Numbered from the whole stretch's first letter, positions 21,998 through 35,006 are shown. The stretch is 50,420 bases of DNA, filler included, from Sphacelaria rigidula (GCA_964200075.2; 2 parts of 2 records of this genome joined end to end with filler, not necessarily neighbours in it); one strand, 5' to 3'. Made by a program: numbers and translations. The notes: a model not told the origin generated them from the sequence alone.

Positions 21998-23242
21998 AAT
22001 TTTTTGCGGTCGGGAAACTCGATCCCACCTGTTTGAGGTAATGAAAATATCCATGAGACTTTCTCGGGTACCAAGTGTTGGAGCAAAGAAGAATATACAC
22101 ATGACGAGGAACTGGTCACGTTAGACCGAATGATCGAACACAATCTGATCACCGCTCACTCTCCAACTCGCCAACACGGTGATTTTTGCTGTAATTACCC
22201 TGAAGACGGCTAGAGATTTCACTTCTTCGTTGCCTTTGTGTGTCAGTCCTTGAATTGCGGAGTGTTTTCTCCCCACGACGTAACGTGGAGTTCGAGGCGG
22301 AAGTTTGGAAGTACGTTTCCCAGTGCTTGTCACCGTCTACGTGAAGTTTTTCTTCGCCATGTCGGCGGATGATGCGCTTCTACGTCTCACCACACGTACT
22401 CTGTGGACGTGTAATACACGCCACGTTGATGTCTCGGCTGTCATTGATCAGTTCCCGCGGACTACGGTCGATACTCCCCTCCGTTCAAAAAATCTTCATC
22501 GACATTCCGCGCTACAGCGCAAAAGCATTCGTGAAATCAGAGTCAACGGAATTTTCGAAGCTCTTCTTTGCGTGGGGGACACGAGGGTATACATCAGCCG
22601 TGGCGGACCTGTCGATGCGCGGCCATCCTGCCTTGATTACAACGATGTCTGCCGGGATCTTTCAACATCATGCGAGACGTGGCGCATCGATTTGCCGCTT
22701 ATGCTCGAGCTCATTGGAAGCATCGTGGAACGGTCCGTGGTGTGCCAGCGATGATCCGGAAGGTCTTCAATTAATGACCGAATCCCGTTCACTGTCTCCC
22801 CGACACACAATCCGTCAGAAGCATGTTAACGAGCGACACGCTGTAGTCTGGGGGAGTATCCTTTATTCGGAATATGATACTGTATGTGGGTGAACTCATG
22901 GTCACTGTATTTTGTAACAACTGATCAACCAAGGTGAAGCATATTTTGAGTCGTCACCGTCTTCACTCGAGAAGTGAGTGACGTAACTTATTCCGAGTAC
23001 ACCGTGTAGACTTGAAGATGTCCCGAAAAAACGCGGACGCATTACCGTCAAAGTGCCACACGGCCGAGGATGGTGAGAGAAGTACACAGCATACACGTGT
23101 CATTTCCCGTTGCCGTCAAATTGAACAGGGGCTACTGTACATCGAGGAATATCAGCCGGCATCAAGAGACGGACGTTGCAAATGAGATTCTTCCGCAACA
23201 ATTCAGATGACTCCCCAAGGAAAAAATATGTAATGACTAATC

Positions 23243-23314
23243 GCCCAGTAGCTCAGTTGGCGAGTTGATAATTTCTAATGCTTGGATGGTGGGTTCAAAC
23301 CTTGCTCTGATCGG
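23243..23314 (+). mobile_element. tRNA-derived SINE head / tRNA pseudogene
   Basis: Pol III A box TAGCTCAGTTGG and B box GGTTCAAAC at tRNA spacing; no proper acceptor or anticodon stems. Confidence 0.55.
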
Positions 23315-23597
23315 AGTTCTTGTTTTCCACATGGTCACAACAGGTCAGATCGTCTGCGTCTTGGGTGCCTGACACCCGACTTGACATCTTGCGATCTTCG
23401 GGGGGAAAGGGAGTACTGAATCCCTTTCGCTATGAAGAATATAACAGCATGCACAGCAAAAGAGAGGTGGAGGAGAAGAACAGGAAAATAATGAAATTTT
23501 CAGTCGACATTCCTGTTGCACTACCCCGTCGGGTGAGCGCACATTCACCTGTGATGTAGCCCCGCCTTCGAAACATCTGAAGGATCACACTCGAACG

Positions 23598-23720
23598 TAC
23601 ACACACACACACATCTATACACATCTATACACATCTATACACACTTCTTCACAGCTACACTCCTTCATTCGCACCTACACTCTCGCACCTACACTCTCGC
23701 ACCCCTACACTCTCACACTC
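23598..23720. repeat. Compound simple repeats (CA)n, (ACACATCTAT)x3, (CACCTACACTCTCG)x2-3
   Basis: Directly visible tandem units. Confidence 0.85.
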
Positions 23721-24419
23721 GTGCACGCACATTGAGTACAAACGCCAATCGAAGTGGAGAACCTTATAAACATGGGAACGTCACATGGTGTGTGACGTCT
23801 TCAACTGTTGAGGCGCAAGTGTCGAATTTGAACGCACTAGGAGAGGCACAGGAGTCATCCCCCGGCCGAGAGGTTTGGAACGTTGACGTTGCTGTTCCTT
23901 GATGATCCAAAACACAGTTGTGCGTCAGCCGAAATTTTCAAGCTGGCAGTGCCGGCACCCTCAACATGCAGGACCAACAACAGACGTAAGTACCAGGGGG
24001 TACTGGCAAAAATGGTAACGACTTCTGCACGTCAACTCGATCCCGGCCTCGGCCACACAAACAGTGTCGACTGTCATGCCGCTTCACGGACACTGTGATG
24101 AACCTGACATCCCACAACATACAATTGAAAATCACCAAAACATACACTTTGGCCGATCATCAACAGCCAGCGCCTTTTTTTTGGCTAAGTAATACACAAC
24201 CTGTGACACTCTACCCGAACATTCACCCGAATGCCCAGGTATCGAATTTGACCTTTCAACAAAACCAATTGTTGGGTATGTTGCACTCGACGTGCCCTTA
24301 GACATTTGCGCAGCCTCGAAAAAATGGAAGGCTCTTGACGTGAATGAGTCGATCATACTGGACGTTTACGATACGTTGCCGGCGTGATACATGTTGAAAG
24401 CCGTGATCAAGAACCGGTT

Positions 24420-24500
24420 GCCCCGGTGGCTCAGTTGGTCAACTCAAAACCTTCTGACGGTTGAGTGGGGGGGTTCAATTCCTGGAACGATCTAGGATTT
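24420..24500 (+). mobile_element. tRNA-derived SINE head / tRNA pseudogene
   Basis: GCCCCGGTGGCTCAGTTGG (A box) ... GGTTCAATTCC (B box), followed by a T run; cloverleaf not intact. Confidence 0.55.
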
Positions 24501-24599
24501 TTTGTCACATGTCCAACAGTGGAGATGGATTATGTCGTGGGTACACAAAATTTGACTTGACGGTCGACGGGTAAAATGGAGTGCTGAACCCCTCGCGAT

Positions 24600-25160
24600 A
24601 ATTAATGAAGACAGGTACCGCGGAAAAAGGGTGGGGTCCGACTGCTGCCGAGATAGCACCCCCCCGAACCGGCCAAAAACGTGCACGGAGGCGATGATCA
24701 TAAATGCCGTTAAAGCTGGTTTCGCGCTGCAATGCGCGACTTATTTGGGCGTCATAGCTGGTTTCGGACTGATACACGCCTCTCATGTGGGCGGAACTGC
24801 AGCAAACGAGCGCAATAGTCGGATTGCAGCCGGTTTGTCAGACGGTCTTCGGTGCACTTTTTGTGGGGGGGCTATCTCGGCATTAGTCTTCAGGACCCTG
24901 GCACTCACGTGTTCGGGAATGATGGCACCTGGACCCAGTGTGTTGGCGATAGACTCCTTGATGGAAAGGCCGACTCCGAGCATTCCCGGTTTCCCCCCGT
25001 CTCCATGGCAGTGGCCGCTGCAGTGAACTACGTAGCCCGCTGTCGGTGCGTGGAAGGTTGTTCGTCCATCGCGACGGGTTTCTTGGAGGGTGACGAAATC
25101 ACAGTTCGCCACGGGTTTCTTGAAGGGCGACGAAAAGCACCAGTGTCATCCTACGATAGG
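24600..25160 (-). mobile_element. LINE (RTE-like) fragment: N-terminal AP-endonuclease segment joined to unrelated sequence
   Basis: CDFVTLQETRRDG...AGYVVHCSG...GVGLSIKESI...EHVSARVLK are typical APE motifs (LQET, GVG, SxR); similarity stops abruptly near 24885. Confidence 0.75.
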
Positions 25161-25165
25161 GGGGG

Positions 25166-25265
25166 NNNNNNNNNNNNNNNNNNNNNNNNNNNNNNNNNNN
25201 NNNNNNNNNTTAATTAATTAANNNNNNNNNNNNNNNNNNNNNNNNNNNNNNNNNNNNNNNNNNNN
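25166..25265. other. Artificial contig/scaffold spacer (44 N + TTAATTAATTAA + 44 N)
   Basis: Exactly 100 bp, symmetric, central palindrome gives stop codons in all six frames. Confidence 0.95.
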
Positions 25266-28200
25266 CCCCACCCCCCACGTCTCTGGATCGTCGTCATTGC
25301 CGTGCTATTTGGGTTTCGTTGGTCTCCCGTCTAATCGCAGAGTGCGACCAAAATATACGTATATGTATATATATATATATATATTTCGGCCTTCTCTTTC
25401 TGTGCTTTGCTCCAGTTGACTTTTTTCTTCTTTACGCCTCAGTCTACTATGTCGTTCTGATCGACTTTTTTCTGTTCCTTCTTTTCTTCAGCGAGTGTGT
25501 CAGTTTCGTTTCTCTTGGGTATGTCTATCATGTGGCCACGGCTGGACCCCTGGGGGGTCAGTTAAAGTGCGACAATCGATCAACATAAACATATTTATTT
25601 TACACCAATGAGTAATGCCGCGAAAGCCCCACCCCCCCCCCCCCCCCCCCCCCCCCACCCCCCCCCCCCCTTGACTTCAGACTGCATGAAGCGCCTCATA
25701 TGGGCGAGATTGGCCAAAACGATCCCGACCACGCGAGTGTCCAGCTGCTCGGTGTGCTCAGCCTTGCGCCATTTTGATTTGGATGCAGGTTTTGCTTCCT
25801 CAAACCAACACCACTTGTAAAGGGGGGACTATCGCGACCGCCCGCGTACTGCTTGCAGAATTCACGGTATAAAACAGTGGCAGTTGCATCATCTGCAGTG
25901 TACATACTCTATGAATTCGCATGTACCGTACAGTTTTCACCAGCGCGATTGCATGCGCGCAAGCAGTGTACAGCCGTCTGCTGCAGCACTCGTGTATACC
26001 GTCCGCGCAGTTGCATAACTCTACTGGCCGCACCGTACTGTCGTACTGTACCGTGCATCCTATGCGCTGTCTCTGTACTATCATAAAGCTACCCGCAGCG
26101 TGGGTAGGAGATGCTTGTTGTTGATAAAGCCGACTTTTTCGGGCGAATTTTCGTCTCTCCAAACGTGGTCTGCATTTCTCGACGAAGTGAGTGGCAAAAG
26201 CAATCATCTGAGAACACTCCAGATCTCGGAGAGAACAGCTTGCAACAAGTGGTTTCAGAGAAAGTCGTCCGAAAAATCGCCCCCACCTTTCGGCGGAATA
26301 AACTGGCCGACGCATAAAAAGCGGTCTCAGTGACTATTACAGAAGGTCCTAGGATAGATTCTCGGCCCCATCTCGACGACCAACAAGTCTTTCCGCCAAG
26401 TCAAGCCCGGGGAAAGTGGCGAAAATGGTGGGGGAGCAGCAAGTAAAGTTCAAAAGCTCACGGACCAATCTTGTGCGCAGCTAGTTGTTTTGGGCAGGCA
26501 CCCAGCACACGTAGGAGAGCGGGAGAAATGGTACCTGACCATCCTTACCGCTAGTCGGATAAAAACGGATAATACGTCACCTCTCCGAACCTCTCGGGAT
26601 AAAGATATGTGCGAAGAGGCTCAAGTGGGCGCGGGGAAGGAGGGGGAGGGGAGCGTGCACCCATGATTCTGCGTTCCGTAGTCATAAGCCCATTGAGACA
26701 GACCATTGAAGGGGGAGGGTGTACTTATGAGTTTGCATGCCATTTGAGGGGGGGAGTGTCGTCATAAAAATGCACGCCGTGGTGAGACTATTAACCTCGC
26801 ATTGCTACAAAGCCGGGACGGAGCACGCAGAGTTTTCGACGGATCACTGATAAGGGGGGGCGGGCGCCATTTGCATACTGTTGAACAAAAATGTGAATTA
26901 CGAGAAGTGTCTGTCCAGGGTTCACCACCTTCCAAAAGGTGTAACACGAAATTGAGGCATCGAAACGTCAACTTCAATTCAAGGATTCCTCGACCTCGTG
27001 TAGGATTCAGAAAGCTGGAGCATTTGAGATACCAACTTCAAGTCAAATGTAGGATTTGAAGTGCCCTGCTATGAACACTGCATGCCCAAGAAAATGGAAG
27101 AAAGAGAACATGTCGACCACTCACCAACTAAAACCACAGGAAATAGAAATCCCAGTGAACCTACTGGAAGTCTACCACGTATTTAGCAGTGGATATGCTT
27201 CGACTGACACACCAAGTGGCAGCAATCATAAGTTTCCTCCATCCCAAGGCAACGCTGCTTCTGTCAAATCGTCCACGACCATAGTACTCGATCATGTACG
27301 ATATCGGCTCCCCAGAGGAATCGAGGGATGCCGGTTTGTATGCCGACCTTGCTGCTTCCCATGGAATTGCACGCGTAAAACGAAAACGACGTAGAGCTAG
27401 GCTACAGCGAGAGCAGTAGTGATGGCAACTCGCGGGCAGCGTCGCACAACGCTTTGTTCCCAGCAGGGTTCTCGATGACTCACGAGAGAGGCCGACAGTA
27501 ACGCACTGAGTCCCACAGAATTGCGAAACGACTTGGCTGAGTCAATATCGAGACCTACCCTACGAGTATTCAGACCAAGGGATCGCGGTGCTCAGCGACC
27601 GAGAGGTCAGTAGCCGGCAGTTTCTCTGTCCGACGCGAAGCCTGATTGATAGTGCTTGCTCTCTGGGTAATGGAAGTCGGCGTTCAGCCGCAAGTCCACT
27701 GTGCTTCGAGGAGTTTAATCTGGCTGAAGCGCGGATTGATTCCACGATTTATGTATAATCCCACGGCAGGTGGGAAGCGCTGACGGAAAATACGACACTT
27801 TCGCTGGAATATTATACTGTTAGTACTACTGGTGTGAAAAAGTCTTTAATGGACGCGCCTGAAAATTTGACGTGAAAAATGAAGGACCGGGAGCGAAAGC
27901 ATTGGCGTTTCTTCCTTGTTTTCTGAGTATTGTGAACAGCAGCTTGACATCATGACATAGATATAATAGTTCATGTCAGGAGACTATACAACACTAGAAA
28001 ACATGTAAGTGTATGTGTGTGAAAAGGTTGCTGGCTCATCTAAAATCTACACACATGACGGATTTTCCTGTTTTTATACGCATTCTCCAGGTGTTTCGTA
28101 CATGGGTGGGAAATAGGGTGCACTCAAAAACTATACTTGTACGAGCGGCGGTACTGCTATCGGACGAAGAGGTCCCCACCGCAATACATGTGGCAAAGTG

Positions 28201-28361
28201 CGATTGTCTTCTCGTTGACGTGTGTAAAAATCGTCATGAGAGGACAGGCTGGCGATAATATAACCGTTGGGGGGGGGGGGGGGGAGGCCCACCGGCTACA
28301 ACCCCAAACTCTCACCATTGGCAGAAATTGTCTGCCTGACATGAATGGAGAAATCACCATC

Positions 28362-28371
28362 NNNNNNNNNN
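28362..28371. other. 10-N assembly gap flanked by poly-G runs and a redundant ~78-bp segment
   Basis: 28285-28361 is a noisy copy of 28473-28549, both following long G runs. Confidence 0.85.
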
Positions 28372-28913
28372 AAGTCGAGGAATGGGTGTTTTGTGTTTGG
28401 TGGAGGTGACAAAAAAGAGGGGGGGGGGGGGGGGGGGGGAGAAAAGGTGGGGGGGGGGGGGGGGGGGGGGGGAGTCACACCTGCTACAATCCCAAACTCT
28501 CATCATTAGCAGACATTGTCTGCCTGACATGAATTGACGAATCACCATCGCGCATCGACGGTTCGTAGTCCTTAATACCTTCCTTCGGGGACTCCTCCCA
28601 GGGGTAACATTACATCGGCGACATCCGCAACACCGGTCGACTTGAGATTTGAAGAGGAGTGGTCACGTGGCAGATGACAAAATACAACAAGAAATACACC
28701 CTTGTCTTACTGGCACCAATTTGATGCGTATATCGTACGCCTCGGTTTTCGCCAACATGATCATTTCCGGCGGTCCGTCCAAATCTGTGGAACTAATCGC
28801 GGCAGCGAAATGAAACTGCTTTGGTTGGTCCCCGCACATAATCTTTCCGTCAGACGCAGTCAGTCTCAGAACCCCCGACACGGGAAGGAGCAAGCGACAA
28901 CACATCCACCGAC

Positions 28914-29818
28914 CTTACAGTCCTCCTTCAACGTCTTGCATATCTTTCGACATGTCTCCTCCATGTCCCTAGGCGCCACGCCTCCCCGTATTCCCGCCGA
29001 TGCCGCGTCCGTGCCATTTGCGCCGCCACCGCGCCCGTCCACGATTCTACCTCCCCCCCCCCCGCCCCCGCCGCGACCCTCTCCCTTTGGTGTAATGATT
29101 CGCTGTGTTCCCAGCGGTCCTCCTGCGCCGCGGCCGCTGCTCCCACGACCACCTCCTACTCCTGGCACAGGGCCGGCGGCAGCGCTGCCGCCACCGCGGG
29201 TAGCGGCCTCGGCAACGGTAACGCGATCCCGCTCCCTGCCGTTTGCGTTGCCTAACGATGTCATGGAGGCTATCGCCGCTTCGTTTTCGTTGTTGAAGGC
29301 GGCCCTCCACACCGTGGTGGAGACGTTGTGGTGGTGTTGCTGTTGGTGTCGATACCGGTTCACCTCCGAACCGGTGAAGCTGTCGTGGCGGATGCTCTTG
29401 CTTCTATTCTTGCTGGAACTAGGGGTAAGATCAAGAGACAAAGCAGAGGGCGACAACACGCTTGATGCTACTAGTATCTGCGTATTCTCTCGGCCGCTAC
29501 TGGTCGTAGTGGGTGTAGCTGGGAGGTAAGCACAAACAGCGGCTTCAGCGGGAATAGGATCTTCTTCCACACCGGGTTCCTCTCCCGTTACGCAAAGGGC
29601 GTTCGGCCCGGAGTTGCCGGAACTGGCGGAATCGGCACGTTGTCGTTCGTACAGATTGCGCTGATGGCGGCGGGCGCGCTCTCGCCTACCAACGTATTCG
29701 CCGCGTGCCCAAATGTTTCCGCCGTTGCGGTTAGGACCCGCCGCACCGGCCTTTCCTTGTGTAGTTCTCCGCCGAGTTTGAATCCGCCGGTTGTGCCGTT
29801 TGTTTACCCGCAAAAATG
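28914..29818 (-). CDS. Candidate large internal exon, Gly/Arg/Ser/Ala-rich low-complexity protein of unknown function
   Basis: GC-rich open frame (ORF 28866..29927) bounded by CAACAG| and AAG|GTCGG; ends RDMEETCRKICKTLKEDCK. A possible next exon lies at 28579-28640 (STGVADVADVMLPLGGVPEG). No domain recognised. Confidence 0.55.
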
Positions 29819-32385
29819 CTGTTGACACGGTCCGTGTGATGTTCCGCCCGCGGAACGAATACACGACACGGGTGCGGAAGGCGGGGGTGTGGGGAGGGGA
29901 GGATGTCAGAGAGCTAATTATCTGCAATGTGATGAGCGATGCTAGGCAACCTGCGGCGAGTTTTTAGAAGGGAAATACATGTAGCTATCAGGGGGGGGGG
30001 TTGCATTTAAGGGAAAGAGATACACCGAAGCGAAAAACATGAGCAGAAGCAAGGAACGTTCTCATCTCCCACACGTGACGAATTGGTTGAACTGCATTGT
30101 ACTCACAAGAAGTGCTCGTGCCATTGCTCATGTAGTATCATCCAAAACTCAACCATCGTGCTCGGGATGGCCGCAGCAAGCAGTCAACACGACCAGTAGT
30201 ACCCTTGCGTGGGCACCTGCCTACTGTCTATGCTGACGGTACCGTAGCATCTGAGGTGTGGCGGACTGACAGAGCTACACAAGCGTAAACACGGGTAGTT
30301 CATCAAGGATGAAAAGACGCGGAGTTATTCGAGCATGATGATTGTATGCAAGGTCGAGGGCCGCTCGAGCAGCCACGAACACCTCCACACGACCTTCGAG
30401 TTGCGTGGTGGTGCAGCACAACAGACCACAAACCACCTACACAACAAAAACGCCGACAGTCAGCAACTGCGGCCGAGGCTTCCGGAAGTGGTGAACGCCA
30501 GGTGGCTTTGTATGCCGTCTACCCGCAGTCGAATTTTCGCAAGCCACATAGTATATGAATCTGCTACTGTACTGTGGTCCTAGTGCTGCTCCTACCGTCG
30601 TTGTGCCCAGGTACGATAGTACTGGTGCAGCATGTTGGTTGACGTACATGGTGCACAGGACAAATCAAAATCCAAACGAGGAAGTAGGTGCAACTGACCT
30701 TTTGAATTCAATGCAACTGGACTTTTCGCAGGCAAATGGAGAGATGGATCAACAACGGCGGCGATATTCCACAAATCGCGCTACGCATACCAGTGCGTTA
30801 CTGCCGCAAGTGGCTGTTCGCAGAGCACAAGTGCTCGCAAAACGCCAGTAGCACATACTCTAGAACGCTGGTTTCGAAGAGCAAGCAGCGTTTGTGCCAG
30901 CTGGCACGCCAAACGTCGGCGGATATAAAAACAAAAAATACCCGACAGAGGCACCAGGAATCCAACGGATTGCGTGCGAGGTCGTACGTTCTCTGATGTA
31001 TTGTGAGTGGAGCAAAAACACCGCCGGACGCACTATTATAGCTTCGCTGGAAATATCTCTCGTGCCACTTGCCTGCTTGTAGGTCTCCTTGGCCGTCGAG
31101 GGACTGTTATAGAACTCTAGCCCAAGTGTAACGAAACCTTGACTATATATACAGTACAGTACTGTTCATGTGTCCTGTTCTACCCCCATCCCGCCTCGGT
31201 GCATTGTCGCAGGCACACCAAGCAACAGAAATTTCGCGCGGTCAATATCACGCCACAGCCTTGGTGTATTAAACGAACGTACTCTTCAAGAGAAACAGAC
31301 AGCACAGCCAGTGCAAACAGTACGGCCTTCTACTGTACGTTGCAGTTCGAGAAAGCTTTTCTATCGGACAGTTGGCAACCTCATCGCATACCAGCGTGCG
31401 ATGAAACGGCTACACGTGTGCGTATCATAGGAACACAGAAAACAGGTTGGCGCTGCTCTGTGACGCGAGGTGTCGGGAAGCAAAAAATATGCGGGGCGAT
31501 TTAGATCGCCTGACCATATCGTCGCCTACCCAACCCTTCATCCCGCAGAGGACTCCTGAAACGTCAGCGTTACGGTGGTGCATACACTGAAAGCCCAAAC
31601 CCATGAATAGAGAGAAGAAAGAGTGCAATACTGCAATTCAAGTAACGGAAGCAGGCCTGCGAGCTTCTAATAGTCAGTCAAGCCGCGGAGCCTTACAACA
31701 CGACGGTGGCTTTGATTCTTAGTGCCTAATGACAGAACACATCAGACCACCCAACTTGAAACAAAGAACCAAACTTTGCACAAAAAGCCAGACGATCACC
31801 CTCACGCACAACGTTTGACGACTCAAATGTAGCCTGCCGTTCCCACATCGGACACCGTGTTGACCTTGTAATATGAACCACGCTCTGTGCAAGCGTGTGA
31901 GTTCTCCTGGTTGCTGTTTGTTCCTACCATGCTAAAGCACTCTTCACCCTTCTAAGGCAGTCGGGGCGCCCTCTTCCAGAGCAGTCGGTGTCTGCACAAT
32001 AGTTTAGATGGCAAACAAAGTGACTGTGCCCAGTACCAGACAGTGAGTATAGAACACAGACAATCAAAGTTCGCAAAACACCAAAAGGTCGGGCACCCCG
32101 CCGCGAGTGTTGAAAACCAAATACACGAGAAAAATAACGAACGAATAACTTCTTTCTAAACGGCGCTTGACTTTCGCGAAAGCAGAAGCCTTGTAAAATC
32201 AAATCACGTTGATATGTGTGCTGCTCAAAACGGGCTATTTTGCAGCAGTGAATGCGAGGGCGTTCCTGGCTTTCGTTGAAGGGCATGTGGTGGAGGAGGG
32301 GGGGGTGTTATGCAATACAGCAGTGTAGACTAGAAACGGACTGTTCTGTACTGTCCCTACTGTGCTCAAAACGAAAGCCACCGAC

Positions 32386-32589
32386 CTGTGTGTCTTCCAG
32401 ACTCTCCCTCTCCGCGCGGCCGGTGTCCTACTGAAAATACAGGACCGGGTACTTTCTTTTGACTCCCTCGAATGCACCACTGGCTTTGCCCTGTGCCTCT
32501 CCAACTCCTCGTGCGCGATTTTGGCTAAGTACCTTGTCGTACAGGTGTTGGCTGTGCTAAAGATTGATGTGACTTGACGCGTTGTAACC
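32386..32589 (-). CDS. Weak candidate exon of unknown protein
   Basis: TCCAG|VTTRQVTSIFSTANTCTTRYLAKIAHEELERHRAKP...WKTH|GTCGG, open frame; no homology recognised. Confidence 0.25.
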
Positions 32590-35006
32590 TGGATTCAGTT
32601 TTTTGTTCTGTTTTTTTTCCTGGAAAATGTATTATAGCACAGCCGGACTGTCGGATCAGTCGGCCTGCTTATCTATCTGTCGCTCTTGCCGGAACAGACC
32701 TTTTCGACAAGTATGCACCCGCTGAGTGTCCGGTACAAGTGTTTCCCCCCCCAACAACAACACAGACACGGCCAATGTGCAGTATACAGCACTTGAACAG
32801 CGCCTAGATGTTCGTTGACTATTGTGTCGGTCGTCGATCGATGCGTTAATTTTTTTTTTCATTTGTTTTCCTCGGAATCTATGAAACGTGGGGAAAGAAA
32901 CGTCCACGAGTAAGTATCTTGTGGTGTGGGACACGCCCTCACAATAATACCTTGCCTCTACAGAACTGCGAAGCAATCGCGGAGGTCTTGGCGCTCAAGA
33001 TACTGCATAGAAACCTGTCTCGCCTGTTATAAGAGTGATCTCGGGGGGACGGAGAGACGTACTATCTATAGATGAGATTTGGTCACGCGATCCTTGGGTG
33101 AGATCTGTAATTGTTTGCTTCTCGTTTTTGTACGATACTGCGACGGGTCAGGGTGTTCGCTGGAAACGGTAATGATACCTTGATCTTCTACCATCAGCCG
33201 TTCCAGGTCACATAGTGCAGCATTCAAAAAACAAGATACTCATAAAAATCAACAACGACCCGAAAAATTATTTTAAAAATATCCAAACGGACGGAACATA
33301 TCTTTATGTTTGCACTGCTGTTATCCAGCCAACCACGCCCGCCCAACGCGATAGCTGCTCCAGAACCAGGAACCGGTGGACGGTACTTGTGCAAAACAAA
33401 TCATGCGTTTCCGTCCGCGAACCACTCGTCCATATGTATGTGCTTCAATCATACATTGAACAAAGCATGCACATGCGCGGTGGGGGATAGTTACGCCGAT
33501 CTGCAAGTGATCCCGTCGCGGCCAGCGAAGAATCCGACCCCCCTCAAAGGGTATGTCATTATGATTACGAGTATACCATCCCTGTCGCCAGCCTATTCCA
33601 GAGAGGACTATATTATATGGTTGGGATTTCCAACAAGAACAAAGTACGGAGAGGCCGCAAGACATGGGCCATCGTATGCAAGTACTACACTGAAGTATAT
33701 CGGACGCGGGTACTGCTGTAATGTACGACGGGTGCTGGAATGTCGAGGCTGCACTGACCGGTGGCCAGAGAGGTTCGTTGAGGCGCGTATCGCAACCTCC
33801 AATGTTTTGGTGTGGTTCAATGTGGTTGCCAACGTGTATACAACGTACAATACTACCACGATGTTGCCACAAGGTGGTCCAATACTCCATGTACGGTAAC
33901 GACTATCTGCACTCATGTACTCCTATAATAATAGTACATCATCAGGTGGGTCCAGCAATGCATGCATGCACAGCGTATCAATAGATGTGTACAGTAAACC
34001 CGAACAGCCGTCCCACCAAAAAAGCGAGGAACGTTGTAAGATGTTCCTGAGGGTACCCCTTTGTGATGTCTACTATGGAGTATACCTAACGTAAGGATCG
34101 ACCACCTGATACTACTTTGTGGTATATCGTACGCTGTTGGTAGCAATGTAAGTAATATATACCAGAACGCACAGTTCCAACACGAGCCTTCCGTTTTTGT
34201 CTATTATCACTTGTAATAAGAGAGGTGCGGGGGCTATGTTCGTAAAAAGTGCGTGATGGGTGCTACAAATGGACAAAAAATCGTTCAGAATATTTCAGAG
34301 TTCATCTGCTCTCCACCGGCGTGCGTCGTGAAGACCCCCAAAAGCCGGCACACGTTGCTTCAACACCAACAATTGAATTTTGACTAGTTCCGAGGTAGTC
34401 CAAATAACGTTTGAACGTACGTACACAGTTTCGTTGCATAGCTCAAATAAAAGGCTGCGATCCCGAACGGTCGATTCAAGCTCAATGAAGCGCGCAAGGA
34501 AAACGACTGATGATGATGTAGCGTACTGCTATCAAGTATAGCTCTAGTTGGGGAGATTTCGCGTACACTTGTATACTTCAACGCACATACGGGCAAAAAG
34601 CTCGCGCCGTTTTTCGAGCATATTAGGCTACTTCTCATGTATGAAAAAAAACTTGTTGAAGAGTGCCCTTTTCGCCCTTCTCCGTCGTTTTTCTCCCGAG
34701 AAGGGGGCTAGTAGGCGGATGTTGACACATTGGAACCTTGCTCTTTTCGCTGAGACCGTTCCAGAGCACGTTCTTTGCGTTTTCCGTACGGTAGCTCACC
34801 GTTTCGTTTTTGGCCAAACTTGCATTATTATCAGTAACAAACGGCCAAGTTATAAAAACATGGCAGCTTTCCCTCTGTTTTTTAATACTTGACCGCTGGT
34901 TATGGAAAATGCAAGATTGGCCACAAACGAAACAACGGTGACCTACGGAAAACTCAAGGGTGCTCCGGACCGGTCTCAGCGAATAGAAGAGCAAGTCATC
35001 ATTCAA

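Noticed and set aside
18950..23200. Endogenous phaeovirus (giant virus) insertion
   Set aside because: Intron-less decayed frames suggested it, but no viral hallmark motif (capsid, polB, packaging ATPase) was recognisable and the motif order fits a transposase better; not formally excluded.
23243..24500. Functional tRNA genes
   Set aside because: A and B boxes are present, but acceptor and anticodon stems do not pair.
26744..26775. Polypurine tract followed by TGT as the start of a 3' LTR
   Set aside because: No pol-like coding sequence upstream and no matching LTR in the window.
28269..28549. Diverged ~78-bp duplication and long G tracts as a biological repeat or G-quadruplex element
   Set aside because: It flanks an N gap, and the first copy looks like low-quality read sequence after a homopolymer; probable assembly artefact. 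The same caution applies to C/G runs near 25630 and 38780.
33306..33916. Overlapping 197-aa (+) and 189-aa (-) ORFs
   Set aside because: No motifs, atypical composition and no convincing splice boundaries; likely chance ORFs in repeat-derived DNA.
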